Virus record (IMG/VR): IMGVR_UViG_3300008516_000114
Span: 1-64,000 of that record
Direction: 5' to 3' (one strand)
Length of the DNA stretch: 64,000 nucleotides
DNA from: a virus
Shown here: positions 47,497 through 59,600 of the stretch, one piece after another
How positions within the stretch are numbered: the first letter of the stretch is position 1
Layout of the letters: each line of letters begins with the position of its first letter
Notes under the pieces: model-generated
Databases searched by the model: none
Told to the model about the DNA's origin: nothing
What the model saw: the letters and a program-made list of their open reading frames with translations, nothing else
Made by a program: the position numbers and the translations under genes

Positions 47497-50400
47497 TACA
47501 CATGAAGCATTAATAAACGCAAAGAATCAGTTGCCGATTAGTCGTGTAACTATCTTTGACACTTGCAAAACAGTTCCGAGTAAGGGGTTCAATGTTTATT
47601 TCTATACATTACCCGATAGTGATAATACAACTCTTGATGCCATTCTTAATGATTCAGATCCTTTTTGGTATGCTATGGAAGATGTTATACTGCAGTTAGG
47701 CAGTAGTGATATTATTGAATATTCAACAGCGTTAGCATTTGATTGGGGTGTAGGTGGATCACCATCACCTGTCAGCCAGGCACATCTGTTTGGTATAAAG
47801 TGGACAGGTTATTTTTATGCAAGATATACAGGAGTATATAGATTTTATATTGATTCATCTTATTTTGCAAGACTGAGAATAAAATTCAATGGTTCTTATC
47901 TTACATTCAAAGATCCCGATGATGACTCGGAAGTTGATTCATGGGATGCCGATTTGGATAATACAGATGAACTATATGCAGACACAGCATCATTAACAGC
48001 AGGTGATTGGTATGCGATACAGATAGAATTTGCAGTTGGCAGGAGAGAAGAATGTACCGATCCGACTTATCTCTGTGTGAAATATAAAGAGCCTACAAGT
48101 GTAACAACAGGGTATGATCTCTGGGGTGATAGTGGCGGTGATATTGTTGCCGATTATCCTTCAGATAGTGATAAAAAAGTATTATCTGCTGGTGTAGTAA
48201 ATACTGCAGGTAGTTTTTTATCAGGCGATGAAATTACCGATATAGTTAAATCGGTATCAGGTGGAAAATCAAGAGGGGAGAGTGCTCAATATCAATTCGA
48301 TGTTGCAGTAGCAGTTTCAACATGGCTAACAGATCCAGGTGGTGTTTCGGCGGAGGATACTGAGATCAATGTAGGTTCTACCGAGGGATTGCCCGATAAG
48401 GGTAAATTGATTATAGGAAGTGGAACGACAACCATTACATATACAAACAAAGATGCCACAACTTTTAAGGGTATTCCTGCTACCGGAGATGGCAGTATAG
48501 GTGGTAGTTATGTACAATATACAAGAATTACACTACATACGGGTAAATATTCATTTAATCCATATACAAAAGATTTCGGTATTATAAAGCCTTATAGGCT
48601 CGTAAAGATAGAATTAGGACATAGAAGTCCGAGTACGGAAACAAACTATTACAGTAATGTTGTCTGGGGTCATATATTCCCGAATCCACAGTTACAGCGA
48701 AGTAAAAACGAGGATATTCTTACTATTTATATGCAGGACTTCAATAATATGCTGGGCAGTATTCAGCAGAACTATCCGGATAATGCTTCATACTCAGGTG
48801 CAAGCTATTATAATAAATTAACATCCGGCGAACCCGATGGGCAGGAACGACCTGTAGCTTATGATCGCTGGAAATGTGAATATGCAGTCAGAGATATATA
48901 TATCAAGGCTAATATCGATCCCATTTTGACATACCAGAGAAAGCGTTTACAAGTAACCGGAGATTACGCTCCCGATTATGGGGGATATCTTATAGATGCT
49001 GATTTCCAATTGAATTATCAGCCGAACTATGGGAATCCCGGCAGTGTAGATAATCCCGATGATAAATATTTATGGTTTTTTGGATATGGCAAGAAATTAA
49101 TAGAAATGCTTGCCTCTTTTGCAAAGACATTCGGACGTAGAATAGGATTTGATAATAATGGATTTGCTAAATTTTCAAGTGTTGGACTTCCTACAAGCAA
49201 GATGGATGTTGGAGATGCTGCGGAATCAGGTACATGGTCGGAAGAAACAGTAGATTTCGATACACTCGAAGGTCATTACAAATCGTCAACTGAACTTAAT
49301 GCTTATCTGTCTTTTACGGCAACCGGAAGTGAGTTTATATTACTGGTTGGCAGGCATTCGACTTTCGGTGGAATAAAACTTGAGGTAGATGGTGGTGTAG
49401 TAACAGTGATTTATATAGATGGAAAATATGTTATTAGTGATTTAGGTGTATATGATCTGGATTATGCAGGAAGAACATCAGATAATCCCTGGTTCTATTA
49501 TGAGGGTGTTGATAGTACAGGCAATAATCCATCTGAAATACGAATAAAGACTAAATATGATTATGGTGTGCATACTGTGAAAGCTACAGTTCAAAGCGAT
49601 GCGAATGTTTTCATTGACGGACTTTTATGTTATGATAATACTCTCGATTATCCAGTTAGAGATATTGAAACCGATAGAGTTAAAGATAATTTAAACACAA
49701 AATTCGATATTGAGAATACACGCAATGAAATGATTGTAGTCGGTGCATTACAGGGCTTATTTCAGAATAGCGAAGGACAGATAGTCAATCCTAATAATCC
49801 GATATATTTGCATTTATTCTCCAAAACCAGTGATGTTTATTCGATTTATGATTCGAGTAATATTGATTATGTAGGTAGAAAATTACCCTTTGAAATATAT
49901 GATCCCAAGATCAATTCGCAGGAATGGGCAGATTATATCAGTACACAAAATGTCATTAAGTACCGGTCAGCGGTTTTTCAACCATCGGTTACTATCGATG
50001 GCGATATGAGATTAGAACCTGGTGATTGTATTACTGTTAAGGATTTAAAGACCAAGACAACAACAGATAGCGATAATCTCTGGGTCGAGCAGGTCAGACA
50101 TGATTCTACAATAGATAAAGATGGTAAGATTCAATTCATTACAGGTATCGAGACAGTACCGAGAAAGCCGGTAAAGAGTTTTGAACGCCGTCCTGCACTC
50201 GATCTATCCGATTGGCATGATGAACCGATTATAAATATTGAATTGAGAAGTCAGGGTAAGCGAATAAGTGGTAATGATGTAACTATCGATGTAGTAGGGG
50301 GAACTATTACCATAGATAATGATCCTGATTGGGACACCAATATGTGGGCAGGGTATTTATTTGTGGTATTTGGGACAGTTACAAAATCAGGGAATATATA

Positions 50401-52258
50401 CCCGGTTTTAATTGACAGCATAGCATCTAATACAAGTGATACTATTACATTATCGAATATAACAATAACAGATTATACATTTGGCGAGGATTTAACATGG
50501 TGTATTAGTTTCGATCCATTTGATACAGACCAGAAGGGCTCTCCACTTGAGATACATTACGACCAATTAATTACGGGTATAGTAGAAATTTATATTGTAG
50601 ATGAAGAAGATAGATATGTAGCTCTTGTTAATCCTTCAACAAGCAATGAGATTGTTGAATGGGGTTCAGGAAAAGTTGCTTATTGGTCGGGCGTTTTTGA
50701 AAAAGGAGAGGATAATACTAATTACTATGTTAATGACGAATTATTTCTGTCGGATGGAATATTAAAACGTCCACTTTCCGTTATGTTTCAAATAACAGAT
50801 ATTGATACAGATAATTTATATAAGATTAAAAGTAAAATAATAGATGAGCAATATGCTGGAATAGTACCACCCGATGCCAATGTTTACACAGCATTGCAGG
50901 AATCGGATTATAAAAAAAATGATATTTATTCAGCAGCGATTTTTCCATATATAATCAATTCCCCGCCGATTCTGTATTTAGAAGACGAGGATGAATCATT
51001 GATTATTAATTCAGGTAGAATAGTAAATCATTCTATTGAATCAAAATGGGTTGAAATAGACAACGATATTAATTGGGTTGAAGATGAAAGCCCTGATGAT
51101 TGGGTGGGAAAAACAATATTCTTTTCGATAAATAGAAAGCCTGATGGTATTTATAAACATGCATATAATTATTTTAAAATAGATTCTACATCTGATCAAG
51201 GTGATGGTATAATCCGGATAACAATAGATGCTCCCTATACACAAGAAGGTCTTTATGAAGGCAGTTGGACTATGGGTAAAAAAACGGATTTTTATTATGC
51301 TATTTTTGCTGATGAACCATTTTCTAAATTTGATAGTAATGACAATAGTTTTAATGGGTTAAGTTTACACATAGTTCAAGCAAATATTTATGTTGACGGC
51401 GATTTCCAGTATAAAAAAGTTGGAGATGACATTAAAGTTACAAATAATTTCAAAATAATTTATAACGATATCGAATATTCTTTCAGTGCGGATGATATTA
51501 TAAATTTCTGTTGTTTTTCAAATTGGGAATATGATGCAGATGCAAATTTTAGAATAATTTTCTGGAATAAGTACAATCCGACAAAACTTTATTATACTTA
51601 TTTTGCTGATAGTTACACTGATGTTGAACATTATAATTTAATTTTTTCCAAATTATTTAATCCAAGAAATGGTCTGTATCCAATTTATGCCGGAATGGTA
51701 GATGGAGATTTCATTAGGGAAAACTTATTAGATTTTCCTATAGAGAAATTAGAAGAGGCAGGTATTTATTGTAATATAGAACGCAGAGATTTTTCAATTT
51801 TTGATGGCGAAGTACATGAATGGGATAAAGCAGATGATAGTGATATACCAATTGAAAATTTCCCCAAGTCAAGTAATATTAAAAATATCTATGTCAACCC
51901 GGAAAATAATAGAAATGCGTTCCGTGATCTACCCTATGAAACTGATAAAGATACGGAATATATGGGGAGATTATTTGTTTTTGATGCTGATTTCAGAGAT
52001 AGGGCTGGTAGATATGCAATTAATAATAGTAAACATACAGGTTATAAAAATTGGTTGGGTGTTGCATTAACACACCATAGGGCATCTTTGTTTGACAAAG
52101 TATTTAAAACAGAAAATATTAAAATAGATTCATTACCTGTTGTATGGCATCCTTTAACAAATGATGGCACGAAATTAATTTCAACACATAGTGGTTCAAT
52201 TAGCAGCCCAAATTTATGGGGTATACAAGACATATTAGTAAAATTATTTAAAAAGTGA
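47480..52258 (+). CDS. Large baseplate hub / central tail protein with PA14 domain
   Basis: PA14 (FGIKWTGYF..YTGVYRFY...LTAGDWYAIQIEF); hub motif GDMRLEPGDCITV; 1592 aa. Confidence 0.75.
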   Translation: MNPVNSTHEALINAKNQLPISRVTIFDTCKTVPSKGFNVYFYTLPDSDNTTLDAILNDSDPFWYAMEDVILQLGSSDIIEYSTALAFDWGVGGSPSPVSQAHLFGIKWTGYFYARYTGVYRFYIDSSYFARLRIKFNGSYLTFKDPDDDSEVDSWDADLDNTDELYADTASLTAGDWYAIQIEFAVGRREECTDPTYLCVKYKEPTSVTTGYDLWGDSGGDIVADYPSDSDKKVLSAGVVNTAGSFLSGDEITDIVKSVSGGKSRGESAQYQFDVAVAVSTWLTDPGGVSAEDTEINVGSTEGLPDKGKLIIGSGTTTITYTNKDATTFKGIPATGDGSIGGSYVQYTRITLHTGKYSFNPYTKDFGIIKPYRLVKIELGHRSPSTETNYYSNVVWGHIFPNPQLQRSKNEDILTIYMQDFNNMLGSIQQNYPDNASYSGASYYNKLTSGEPDGQERPVAYDRWKCEYAVRDIYIKANIDPILTYQRKRLQVTGDYAPDYGGYLIDADFQLNYQPNYGNPGSVDNPDDKYLWFFGYGKKLIEMLASFAKTFGRRIGFDNNGFAKFSSVGLPTSKMDVGDAAESGTWSEETVDFDTLEGHYKSSTELNAYLSFTATGSEFILLVGRHSTFGGIKLEVDGGVVTVIYIDGKYVISDLGVYDLDYAGRTSDNPWFYYEGVDSTGNNPSEIRIKTKYDYGVHTVKATVQSDANVFIDGLLCYDNTLDYPVRDIETDRVKDNLNTKFDIENTRNEMIVVGALQGLFQNSEGQIVNPNNPIYLHLFSKTSDVYSIYDSSNIDYVGRKLPFEIYDPKINSQEWADYISTQNVIKYRSAVFQPSVTIDGDMRLEPGDCITVKDLKTKTTTDSDNLWVEQVRHDSTIDKDGKIQFITGIETVPRKPVKSFERRPALDLSDWHDEPIINIELRSQGKRISGNDVTIDVVGGTITIDNDPDWDTNMWAGYLFVVFGTVTKSGNIYPVLIDSIASNTSDTITLSNITITDYTFGEDLTWCISFDPFDTDQKGSPLEIHYDQLITGIVEIYIVDEEDRYVALVNPSTSNEIVEWGSGKVAYWSGVFEKGEDNTNYYVNDELFLSDGILKRPLSVMFQITDIDTDNLYKIKSKIIDEQYAGIVPPDANVYTALQESDYKKNDIYSAAIFPYIINSPPILYLEDEDESLIINSGRIVNHSIESKWVEIDNDINWVEDESPDDWVGKTIFFSINRKPDGIYKHAYNYFKIDSTSDQGDGIIRITIDAPYTQEGLYEGSWTMGKKTDFYYAIFADEPFSKFDSNDNSFNGLSLHIVQANIYVDGDFQYKKVGDDIKVTNNFKIIYNDIEYSFSADDIINFCCFSNWEYDADANFRIIFWNKYNPTKLYYTYFADSYTDVEHYNLIFSKLFNPRNGLYPIYAGMVDGDFIRENLLDFPIEKLEEAGIYCNIERRDFSIFDGEVHEWDKADDSDIPIENFPKSSNIKNIYVNPENNRNAFRDLPYETDKDTEYMGRLFVFDADFRDRAGRYAINNSKHTGYKNWLGVALTHHRASLFDKVFKTENIKIDSLPVVWHPLTNDGTKLISTHSGSISSPNLWGIQDILVKLFKK

Positions 52259-52273
52259 ACGGAGAATTAAAAG

Positions 52274-53479
52274 ATGAGACCACAACAAGAGACAATAGAA
52301 AAGCGAATAGATGAGAAACAGCGCCCTGAAGAACATATAAAAGAATATGGTTCAAAAGGATTGTTCATAAAATCCGAGAAATATTCTAAAGAGCCACTGG
52401 AGGATATAAAATTCAATTGTCGATTTTACAATGAAGAAAAAACAGCATACAGCGGTAACTCTACTATAATAATAGACTCCGTACTTACCTGTGCCGGTGC
52501 TTCTAATTATGATTCTGATTCAGATGGAGTCTGGACAACAGTTTATACAAGTGCAGGGGCATCATGGGTGATAGATCAATGGGCTGGTTATTATTTAAAA
52601 ACATCTGGTTTATATTTTTATATTAAATCAAATACTGCTACCGCATTAACAATAAGGGCAGTACCTGGTATTGAACCGATAGATGGTGATTTTGAAATTG
52701 TGCCATTTATTGCTCATTCAATGTATGGGGCGGAACTGAATCCTGATACGACACAGGAAACGGTATTTCAAATCGTAAATAATACCGATACAACAATAAC
52801 CGTAGCACCGAACAATGATTCTTTTCTTACAGATGTAGCTGTTGCTACCGACCCATTTACAGTTAAGGGTTATTATGCACCGTGTTTAGCAGATTTTACC
52901 GATACAGATGAAGGGCAAGATGCCGGTGTTATTCAGTCTAAGATAGTTAATGCCCCATTTGGTAAATTAAATGATAAGAATATGGGGCAATACTTCATTG
53001 GTGTCTACTCGGTTAGACTTATGACATTTAGAAGCAAAACCGTTCGATTAAAATTAGATGTTCCCGATAGTTTGAGAATAGTGGAATACGAATCGGATAG
53101 AGAGGCAGTGCTTGTAAATTCAAGATTCGGACAGAATAAAGTACAGTTCATAAGTTTATATTTTATGGCTAATGTATGGAAACGATTAGATATATTCTAT
53201 TACACAAAAGATGGTGATTACGGATTCACTATAACAGGAGCAGATAAACCGATAGGTGATTATATAGATGCCTGGAGCGATGTAACGCCGGAAGTACCTC
53301 AATGGGTTAGTGGATATCCCGAAGGACAATTAAGACAGATAGAATTGAGATGGATCAACACAGGATTATTAGGGCAAGGGGGCGGTACACAGATATTCCG
53401 TTCTGATGATGATGGTGCAACATATTCTTTCAAGGCATTTGTTCCGTGGGATCATAATACATATTTTGATTCCAGTTAA
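52274..53479 (+). CDS. Tail protein ending in an incomplete FN3 domain (strands A-E)
   Basis: PEVP...IELRW...QIFRSDDDGATYSF.....YFDSS then stop. Confidence 0.7.
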   Translation: MRPQQETIEKRIDEKQRPEEHIKEYGSKGLFIKSEKYSKEPLEDIKFNCRFYNEEKTAYSGNSTIIIDSVLTCAGASNYDSDSDGVWTTVYTSAGASWVIDQWAGYYLKTSGLYFYIKSNTATALTIRAVPGIEPIDGDFEIVPFIAHSMYGAELNPDTTQETVFQIVNNTDTTITVAPNNDSFLTDVAVATDPFTVKGYYAPCLADFTDTDEGQDAGVIQSKIVNAPFGKLNDKNMGQYFIGVYSVRLMTFRSKTVRLKLDVPDSLRIVEYESDREAVLVNSRFGQNKVQFISLYFMANVWKRLDIFYYTKDGDYGFTITGADKPIGDYIDAWSDVTPEVPQWVSGYPEGQLRQIELRWINTGLLGQGGGTQIFRSDDDGATYSFKAFVPWDHNTYFDSS

Positions 53480-53552
53480 AAGATATTTGATAACTTAAAT
53501 AAATTTAGAAATGTCGATAACTTAATGAGAAAAAAAACGAAAGGAGAAAACA

Positions 53553-53702
53553 ATGGAAATTATGATAGGTTCTATATCAAATATAGATAATCGTGGAACT
53601 CCTTTTACCGAACAGTGGGTTGGTGATGTTGAAAGATTATTATTAGAAATTGGAGATTTTACACTGTTAGAAAACGATGATAAAATATTAACGGAGGATT
53701 AA
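53553..53702 (+). CDS. 49-aa acidic structural peptide (not in ORF track)
   Basis: AAGGAG RBS; LLLEIGDFTLLENDDKILTED. Confidence 0.6.
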   Translation: MEIMIGSISNIDNRGTPFTEQWVGDVERLLLEIGDFTLLENDDKILTED

Positions 53703-53705
53703 ATA

Positions 53706-53909
53706 ATGGCCGATACAAAAATAAGTGAGTTACCCGCAAAAACAGAATTAGAAGCAACTGATCATTTTGTAGTTGCAGAAGGAACAACAAGCAATAAGAA
53801 GGTATCTTTAGCGACGATGAGAAATGAAATAGGTAGTGGTTCGGTTCACATTTCACAGGCCGAACCAGACAACCCTGTGACGGGCATGATTTGGGTTGAT
53901 TTACCATAA
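53706..53909 (+). CDS. Fibre N-terminal piece
   Basis: GGAGG RBS; MADTKISELP anchor motif; ends in the first half of a fibre repeat (EPDNPVTGMIWVD). Confidence 0.7.
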   Translation: MADTKISELPAKTELEATDHFVVAEGTTSNKKVSLATMRNEIGSGSVHISQAEPDNPVTGMIWVDLP

Positions 53910-53928
53910 TATAAAAAAAGGAGCAATA

Positions 53929-55182
53929 ATGATTTCAATATTCACACCACATTTTGAAGGTACAAATCCATATATCAATGAGACTTATCGTTCATTGTTA
54001 GCACAAACTTATTTGGATTGGGAATGGGTTATTTTGGTTAATAACGGTGGTATTGTACCAAAGTCAATTACTAAAGATAAAAAAGTACATATTTTTACAT
54101 ATCCAGATGATAAGCCTTCAAATATTGGGGCATTGAAAAAAACAGTTTGTGGTCATTGTAAAGGTGATATTTTATTAGAACTTGATGCTGATGATCTTCT
54201 TACACCAGATGCTTTGAAAACTATTGAGGAGGCATTTCAGGATCAGAATATTGAATTTGTATACTCTAATTCTGCCCAGTTTGAACATGGGACATGGAAG
54301 AGTAGTGGTTATTCGGAATACTGGGGCTGGAAATCACGACAATTCTATTGGCATGGTCACATTCTTCAAGAAATGATTGCCTTTCCACCTACCGCACATT
54401 CTATTCGTGGAATATGGTGGGCTCCAAATCATGTTCGAGCCTGGCGTACTGAAACTTATCATAGTATTGGTGGGCATGATCCTAAATTACTTGTAGCAGA
54501 TGACCATGATCTAATTTGCCGAACTTATCTTAGTGCAAAAATGAAACATATTGACCGTTGTTTATATTTATATCGGGTTCATCCTGGTAATAGTGTTAAA
54601 CGTTTTAACCCAGAAATTCAAGCGGGTTCTTGGAAAAATTATGAGAAATATATTTTTCGTATGGTAGAATACTGGGCTCGTGAAAATGATTTGAAGTTGA
54701 TTGATTTAGGGAGTTCACACGGTAAACCGGAGGGTTATTTAGGATTAGATTGTGAGTCTAATGCAGATTTAGTATGTGACCTTGAAAAAGGCATTCCAAT
54801 GTCAGATAATTCTTGTGGAATTGTACGAGCCCATGATATACTTGAACATTTATCTCCAATTCCTATTATGAATGAGATTTATCGGGTATTAGCTCCGGGT
54901 GGATGGCTTTTTGTATCAGTACCATCTACTGACGGGCGAGGGGCTTTTCAAGACCCAACACATATTTCCTTTTGGAATCCTAATTCTTTTTGGTATTACA
55001 CCAATCCGCAATATCAGAAATATGTTCCATCGATCAAGGCTCATTTTCAAGTATCAAGAATAGTGAATTGGTTTCCATCTAATTTCCATAAACAAAATAA
55101 TATTTCTTATGTTGATGCTCAATTAATTGCTATAAAAGATGGCTTTCAAGCACCAGGAGAATGTCTATGGCAGAAACTTTAA
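53929..55182 (+). CDS. GT2 glycosyltransferase - class I methyltransferase fusion
   Basis: ISIFTP, ELDADD, ADDHDL, LYLYRVH; then [26 protein letters not shown]. Confidence 0.9.
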   Translation: MISIFTPHFEGTNPYINETYRSLLAQTYLDWEWVILVNNGGIVPKSITKDKKVHIFTYPDDKPSNIGALKKTVCGHCKGDILLELDADDLLTPDALKTIEEAFQDQNIEFVYSNSAQFEHGTWKSSGYSEYWGWKSRQFYWHGHILQEMIAFPPTAHSIRGIWWAPNHVRAWRTETYHSIGGHDPKLLVADDHDLICRTYLSAKMKHIDRCLYLYRVHPGNSVKRFNPEIQAGSWKNYEKYIFRMVEYWARENDLKLIDLGSSHGKPEGYLGLDCESNADLVCDLEKGIPMSDNSCGIVRAHDILEHLSPIPIMNEIYRVLAPGGWLFVSVPSTDGRGAFQDPTHISFWNPNSFWYYTNPQYQKYVPSIKAHFQVSRIVNWFPSNFHKQNNISYVDAQLIAIKDGFQAPGECLWQKL

Positions 55183-56582
55183 AAATCCGTAACGAAAATA
55201 ATGATGGTTGGTATGAATTTGGATACCAGGGTAACCAGGGATATCAAGGATTGACAGGTGCTCAAGGTAATCAAGGATTAACTGGTAGTCAAGGTGATCA
55301 AGGGGTAACTGGTTCACAAGGCTCTCAAGGGCAAACTGGTTCTCAGGGCTCTCAAGGCTCTCAAGGTAATCAAGGATATCAGGGAGATCAGGGTTCTACA
55401 GGAGCAACTGGAGCACAGGGAGATCAAGGACAAACAGGAGCCCAAGGTAGTACAGGCTCACAAGGTAATCAAGGATATCAGGGTGATCAAGGGAGTGCAG
55501 GAGCAACTGGATCACAAGGAGCTCAGGGTCAAACTGGGGCTCAAGGAGAAGTTGGTGCTCAAGGTAGTGTAGGGGCTCAAGGAGATCAAGGAAATCAAGG
55601 GGCAATTGGGGCAGCAGGTATTGAATGGCAAGGTGTCTGGAATGGAGGGACTGAATATTTTGTTGATGACGCTGTTTCGGAAAGTGGAACTTCTTATATA
55701 TGTATTCTAGGACATACAAATCACCAACCTCCAAATGCAACATATTGGCAAGTCTTATCTTTAGAGGGTGCTCAGGGAAGTGTAGGGGCTCAGGGAAGTG
55801 TAGGAGCTCAAGGTAATCAAGGAGCTGTTGGAGCACAAGGTGTTACAGGTTCCCAAGGTTCGCAAGGAGCAACTGGAGATGTTGGAGCTCAAGGACCAAC
55901 CGGTAACCAAGGCAACCAAGGAGAAACAGGTGTTCAAGGGGCTACAGGCTCACAAGGAAGTCAAGGAGCTACAGGAGATGTTGGAGCTCAAGGTCCAACT
56001 GGAAATCAGGGTAATCAAGGAGAAACAGGAGCTCAGGGTGCTACAGGCTCACAGGGTTCACAAGGAGTGCAAGGCGCACAGGGATTATTGGGTGATGTTT
56101 TGGCTCATGCCGTAACTCTTGAAGGAGATGGGGCTTTTACAGGTGGAATGTTTAGAACAGCAGCGACAGGGCAAAGGATCATTATGACTGGAAATAGTTT
56201 AAAATTTTATAATTCATCAAACGAACTTATGGAAATATGGGGATTAACCTCTCAATCCCCTTGGAACACAAAAGGATTTTATTTTAATCAACCAATTATA
56301 GCTGTTTCTGATATGTATTGCAATATACTTCATACAGGTATTATATCAGAAAAAGCAGGTACATCTGATGGAGTTACGATAGATGGGGTGTTGCTTAAAG
56401 ATAATTTTATTGCAGAGGCTGCCATACCTTCCTCTATTGCTCGTGATACTGAGTTGGTTGAAACGTCGAATGGCTCTGACCAAAACGAGGAACCATCTGG
56501 TGGGAAAAATGGAGATATGTTTTATCGTTTTAATGGAGAAGTTTATTTGAAGATAGCGGGTACTTGGCGACAAGTTGCATAA
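55167..56582 (+). CDS. Collagen-like (Gly-X-Gln) tail fibre protein
   Basis: Two long G-x-Q/G-x-T triplet tracts separated by a WQGVW...Y..DD.V domain; AGGAG RBS. Confidence 0.88.
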   Translation: MAETLKIRNENNDGWYEFGYQGNQGYQGLTGAQGNQGLTGSQGDQGVTGSQGSQGQTGSQGSQGSQGNQGYQGDQGSTGATGAQGDQGQTGAQGSTGSQGNQGYQGDQGSAGATGSQGAQGQTGAQGEVGAQGSVGAQGDQGNQGAIGAAGIEWQGVWNGGTEYFVDDAVSESGTSYICILGHTNHQPPNATYWQVLSLEGAQGSVGAQGSVGAQGNQGAVGAQGVTGSQGSQGATGDVGAQGPTGNQGNQGETGVQGATGSQGSQGATGDVGAQGPTGNQGNQGETGAQGATGSQGSQGVQGAQGLLGDVLAHAVTLEGDGAFTGGMFRTAATGQRIIMTGNSLKFYNSSNELMEIWGLTSQSPWNTKGFYFNQPIIAVSDMYCNILHTGIISEKAGTSDGVTIDGVLLKDNFIAEAAIPSSIARDTELVETSNGSDQNEEPSGGKNGDMFYRFNGEVYLKIAGTWRQVA

Positions 56583-56609
56583 TCTAATTATAAAAGAGGA
56601 TAAATAAAA

Positions 56610-59600
56610 TTGATAGCAGAAAAAACTTACTATTATAAGCTAAGACATAAAAACGCCCGTGGTGATCTATCAGATTATTCTTCAGTGGAAAATGCAGCAT
56701 CACTAGCTGAAGCGAGTGATAATAATACATTATCAATTAAATGTCAATGCGGTGATAGAAAATTAAATATTAACACAGCTTATTATAAAATTGGAGATTC
56801 TTTGATAATAGACGTTACATCTCAATTGCCATTAACAGCAGAACCCGTTGTAACAATAGATAATTATAATATAGGTGTGGCGGATAGTAGCACAACAGAT
56901 TATCTAAGCAATATATATTTACCTCTTCCTATAGCAGATTTTCAAAGGAGTAGTACAGCACAATCAGTAAATAATCCAGCAAAAACAGTAACGCTTGATG
57001 TGGGGGCATCTGCTGTCAATGATTTTTATAAAGATATGGTACTGGTAATGGATAATGAGCAACACAGAATTACTGCTTACAATGGAGACACAAAAGTTGC
57101 AACAGTAGAGGGTTCTCCAGCGTGGGGTGCAGGTACTTATCAGATTTATTTATATCACCAAGGCACGGTGATATTAAAAGCAACAGCAACAGTAAAGCAG
57201 GGTGGTACTTCGATACAGACAGAAGTTGATATCATGCTTGATTTTATTGCACCAACAGTAACAGGAACGCCTATTATCATAGATACAAAAAATAACGACC
57301 AAATACCAGAAAATGTACCCTATGCTTATAAAGCTGAGATGATATGGATATTTATTACCGATGATGTTTCAGATACAAGTGGCGATTCCAGCGAAGCAGC
57401 GGGGTTGAATAAAGTTTATTTACAGAATGCTTTTGTAGGATTAAGTACATCTACACCAGGCGATACTCTTGTGGATAGTGTATTGGCTAATATTTTTGAC
57501 GATGATTATTGGAACGATTATTATTTAACTGATTCCGGGGGTATGGTATATCAAATATTAAATTATATTGGTGCAACAGGAACATTTGAATTAGATGATA
57601 CTTGTGATGATGGTGTTTATTATGTAACAAAATATGATCCAACCGATACCGCTCATTATAGCGATTGGAAAAATTACGATGTTCAAAATTACCAAGTATT
57701 TAATTGGAATCTTACTATAGAGATGCCATATAATAAGGATGAGATTCCCGATACCGGGCAACCAGGAAATGGCGGTAGTGTAGGCGGAGAAGATGCGTAT
57801 CTTGATACAGACCATAAATATAAAGTGGTAGCAAGATTCACCGATAATGCTGAGAATTTTTCTAATATCTGTTCAGATGATATTTATCTAGATAAGACAC
57901 CACCATCATCACCAACAGAATTTACAGCCAAGGGAATGTTAGAATCTATTTTATTAACATGGCAAAATCCAGCCGATCTTGATTTAGATAAGATCAATAT
58001 TTATATGAGGGATCGTGAAGGTATATGTTCTGGAGGCATACCAACGAATTATGATAAAACTATTTATATACCCAATGCTATTCCAGATAAATATATGGAA
58101 TATACAATTTATTTTCAAGAACCCGACCCACAGCATAAATACTTTATATTAACAGCAATGGATAAAGCGGGTAATGAGAGTATTTGTTCAAGTGAAGAAG
58201 ATGCAATATCATTTGGCCATTGGGGCAAGATATTCAGGAACTGGCTGGATAATTCATCTTTCGAGAGAACTGTGCCTAGCGATGCTAATTTACCAGTTAG
58301 TCTTCTTAAATCAGGCTCTCCGACAGTAGAAACTTCATCTCAATATGGTAGTAATAGCATTTTAGTTGATCAGAATGATTATTACTACTATGATTATATG
58401 TGGTTACCTGCAAGTCCCGATACATATTTCTTCACTTTTAGTGTTTATGCAAGATATGATACAAATTGTCAAGCTAAAATAGAGATAAAGTTTTATGATT
58501 CAAATGGAGACCAAACAGGTTCTACTATTACTTTATTAACAGGAAATGAATTAGGGGATTCTTTAACTGATACCTTTGTACGCTATCATGCACATTTCGG
58601 CGTTGAGGGCAATACCATACCATCTGATACTACATCTGCAAAGATTTATTTCAAATCTGATAGCGATACGAATAAAGCTTATTATGATGCCGTCCAATGG
58701 GAACAAGTTACTGCTATTGATTCAGATCCCACAGATTATGTAGAAGGCAGGGTAATATCCGGCGATAGAATGATGGCTCATTTTATACGTGGTGATCATA
58801 TAGAATTTGATACGATGATTGGTAATCATTTCAAAGCGGTTTCGATTCAAACAAGCAAATTAGAAATAGCCAGCGGTGAAAATCTTGTGCCTAATTCAGC
58901 ATTTGAATCAGATTTTGCATACTGGACATACGATGCTGATTTCAGTTTGAGTGATACTCGTATAGTCTATGGAAAACAATGTGCCAAATTAGTATTAGCA
59001 AGCGCTGAGGGTTATTTAAAATCCGATTATTGTCCTATTAAGCAAGATGCTGATTATTGCATAAGTTTCTATTATTATCTTGATGCTTTGGGTGATGATC
59101 TATATTTCAAATTAGAGCAATATGATAAAGCCCATGTTATAGGTACGACTACTACAATGAAATCCTCCAATTTTACAGAGGATGCTTGGACAAGATTTGA
59201 ATATCAAATGACTGTTTTTGATGCTGATGCTGCTTATGTGAAAATTTATATTTTATGTGAGGAAGATGGATTAGCCACCACTGGTTATTTTGATGCTTTC
59301 CAGATAGAGCAAATCGCATCAGCTACGCAGGGTGCAAGTGATTATAAAGGGAAAACCAGGATAGTTGGCGAGGAAATTACAGCGGGTAAGATTCAATCAG
59401 CCGATGAAAAGACTTATTTTGATCTGGATAATTCTGTAATTGTTCTCGATCATCCAACAGCAGATGTTAAAACTGTATTAAAATCTGATTATCTTGCAAA
59501 GACTTTTGACGGAACTAATTATCATAAATATCCAGTTGTTATAGTAGCAACCACAACAGCAGAGGCAGATGGTAGCTTGGAGTATTCTTTATGGTGGAAT

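Noticed and set aside
59321-59335. Fifth copy of the REP-like element (GCTACGCAGGG)
   Set aside because: Only 11 bp match, no left arm, mid-CDS; may be chance
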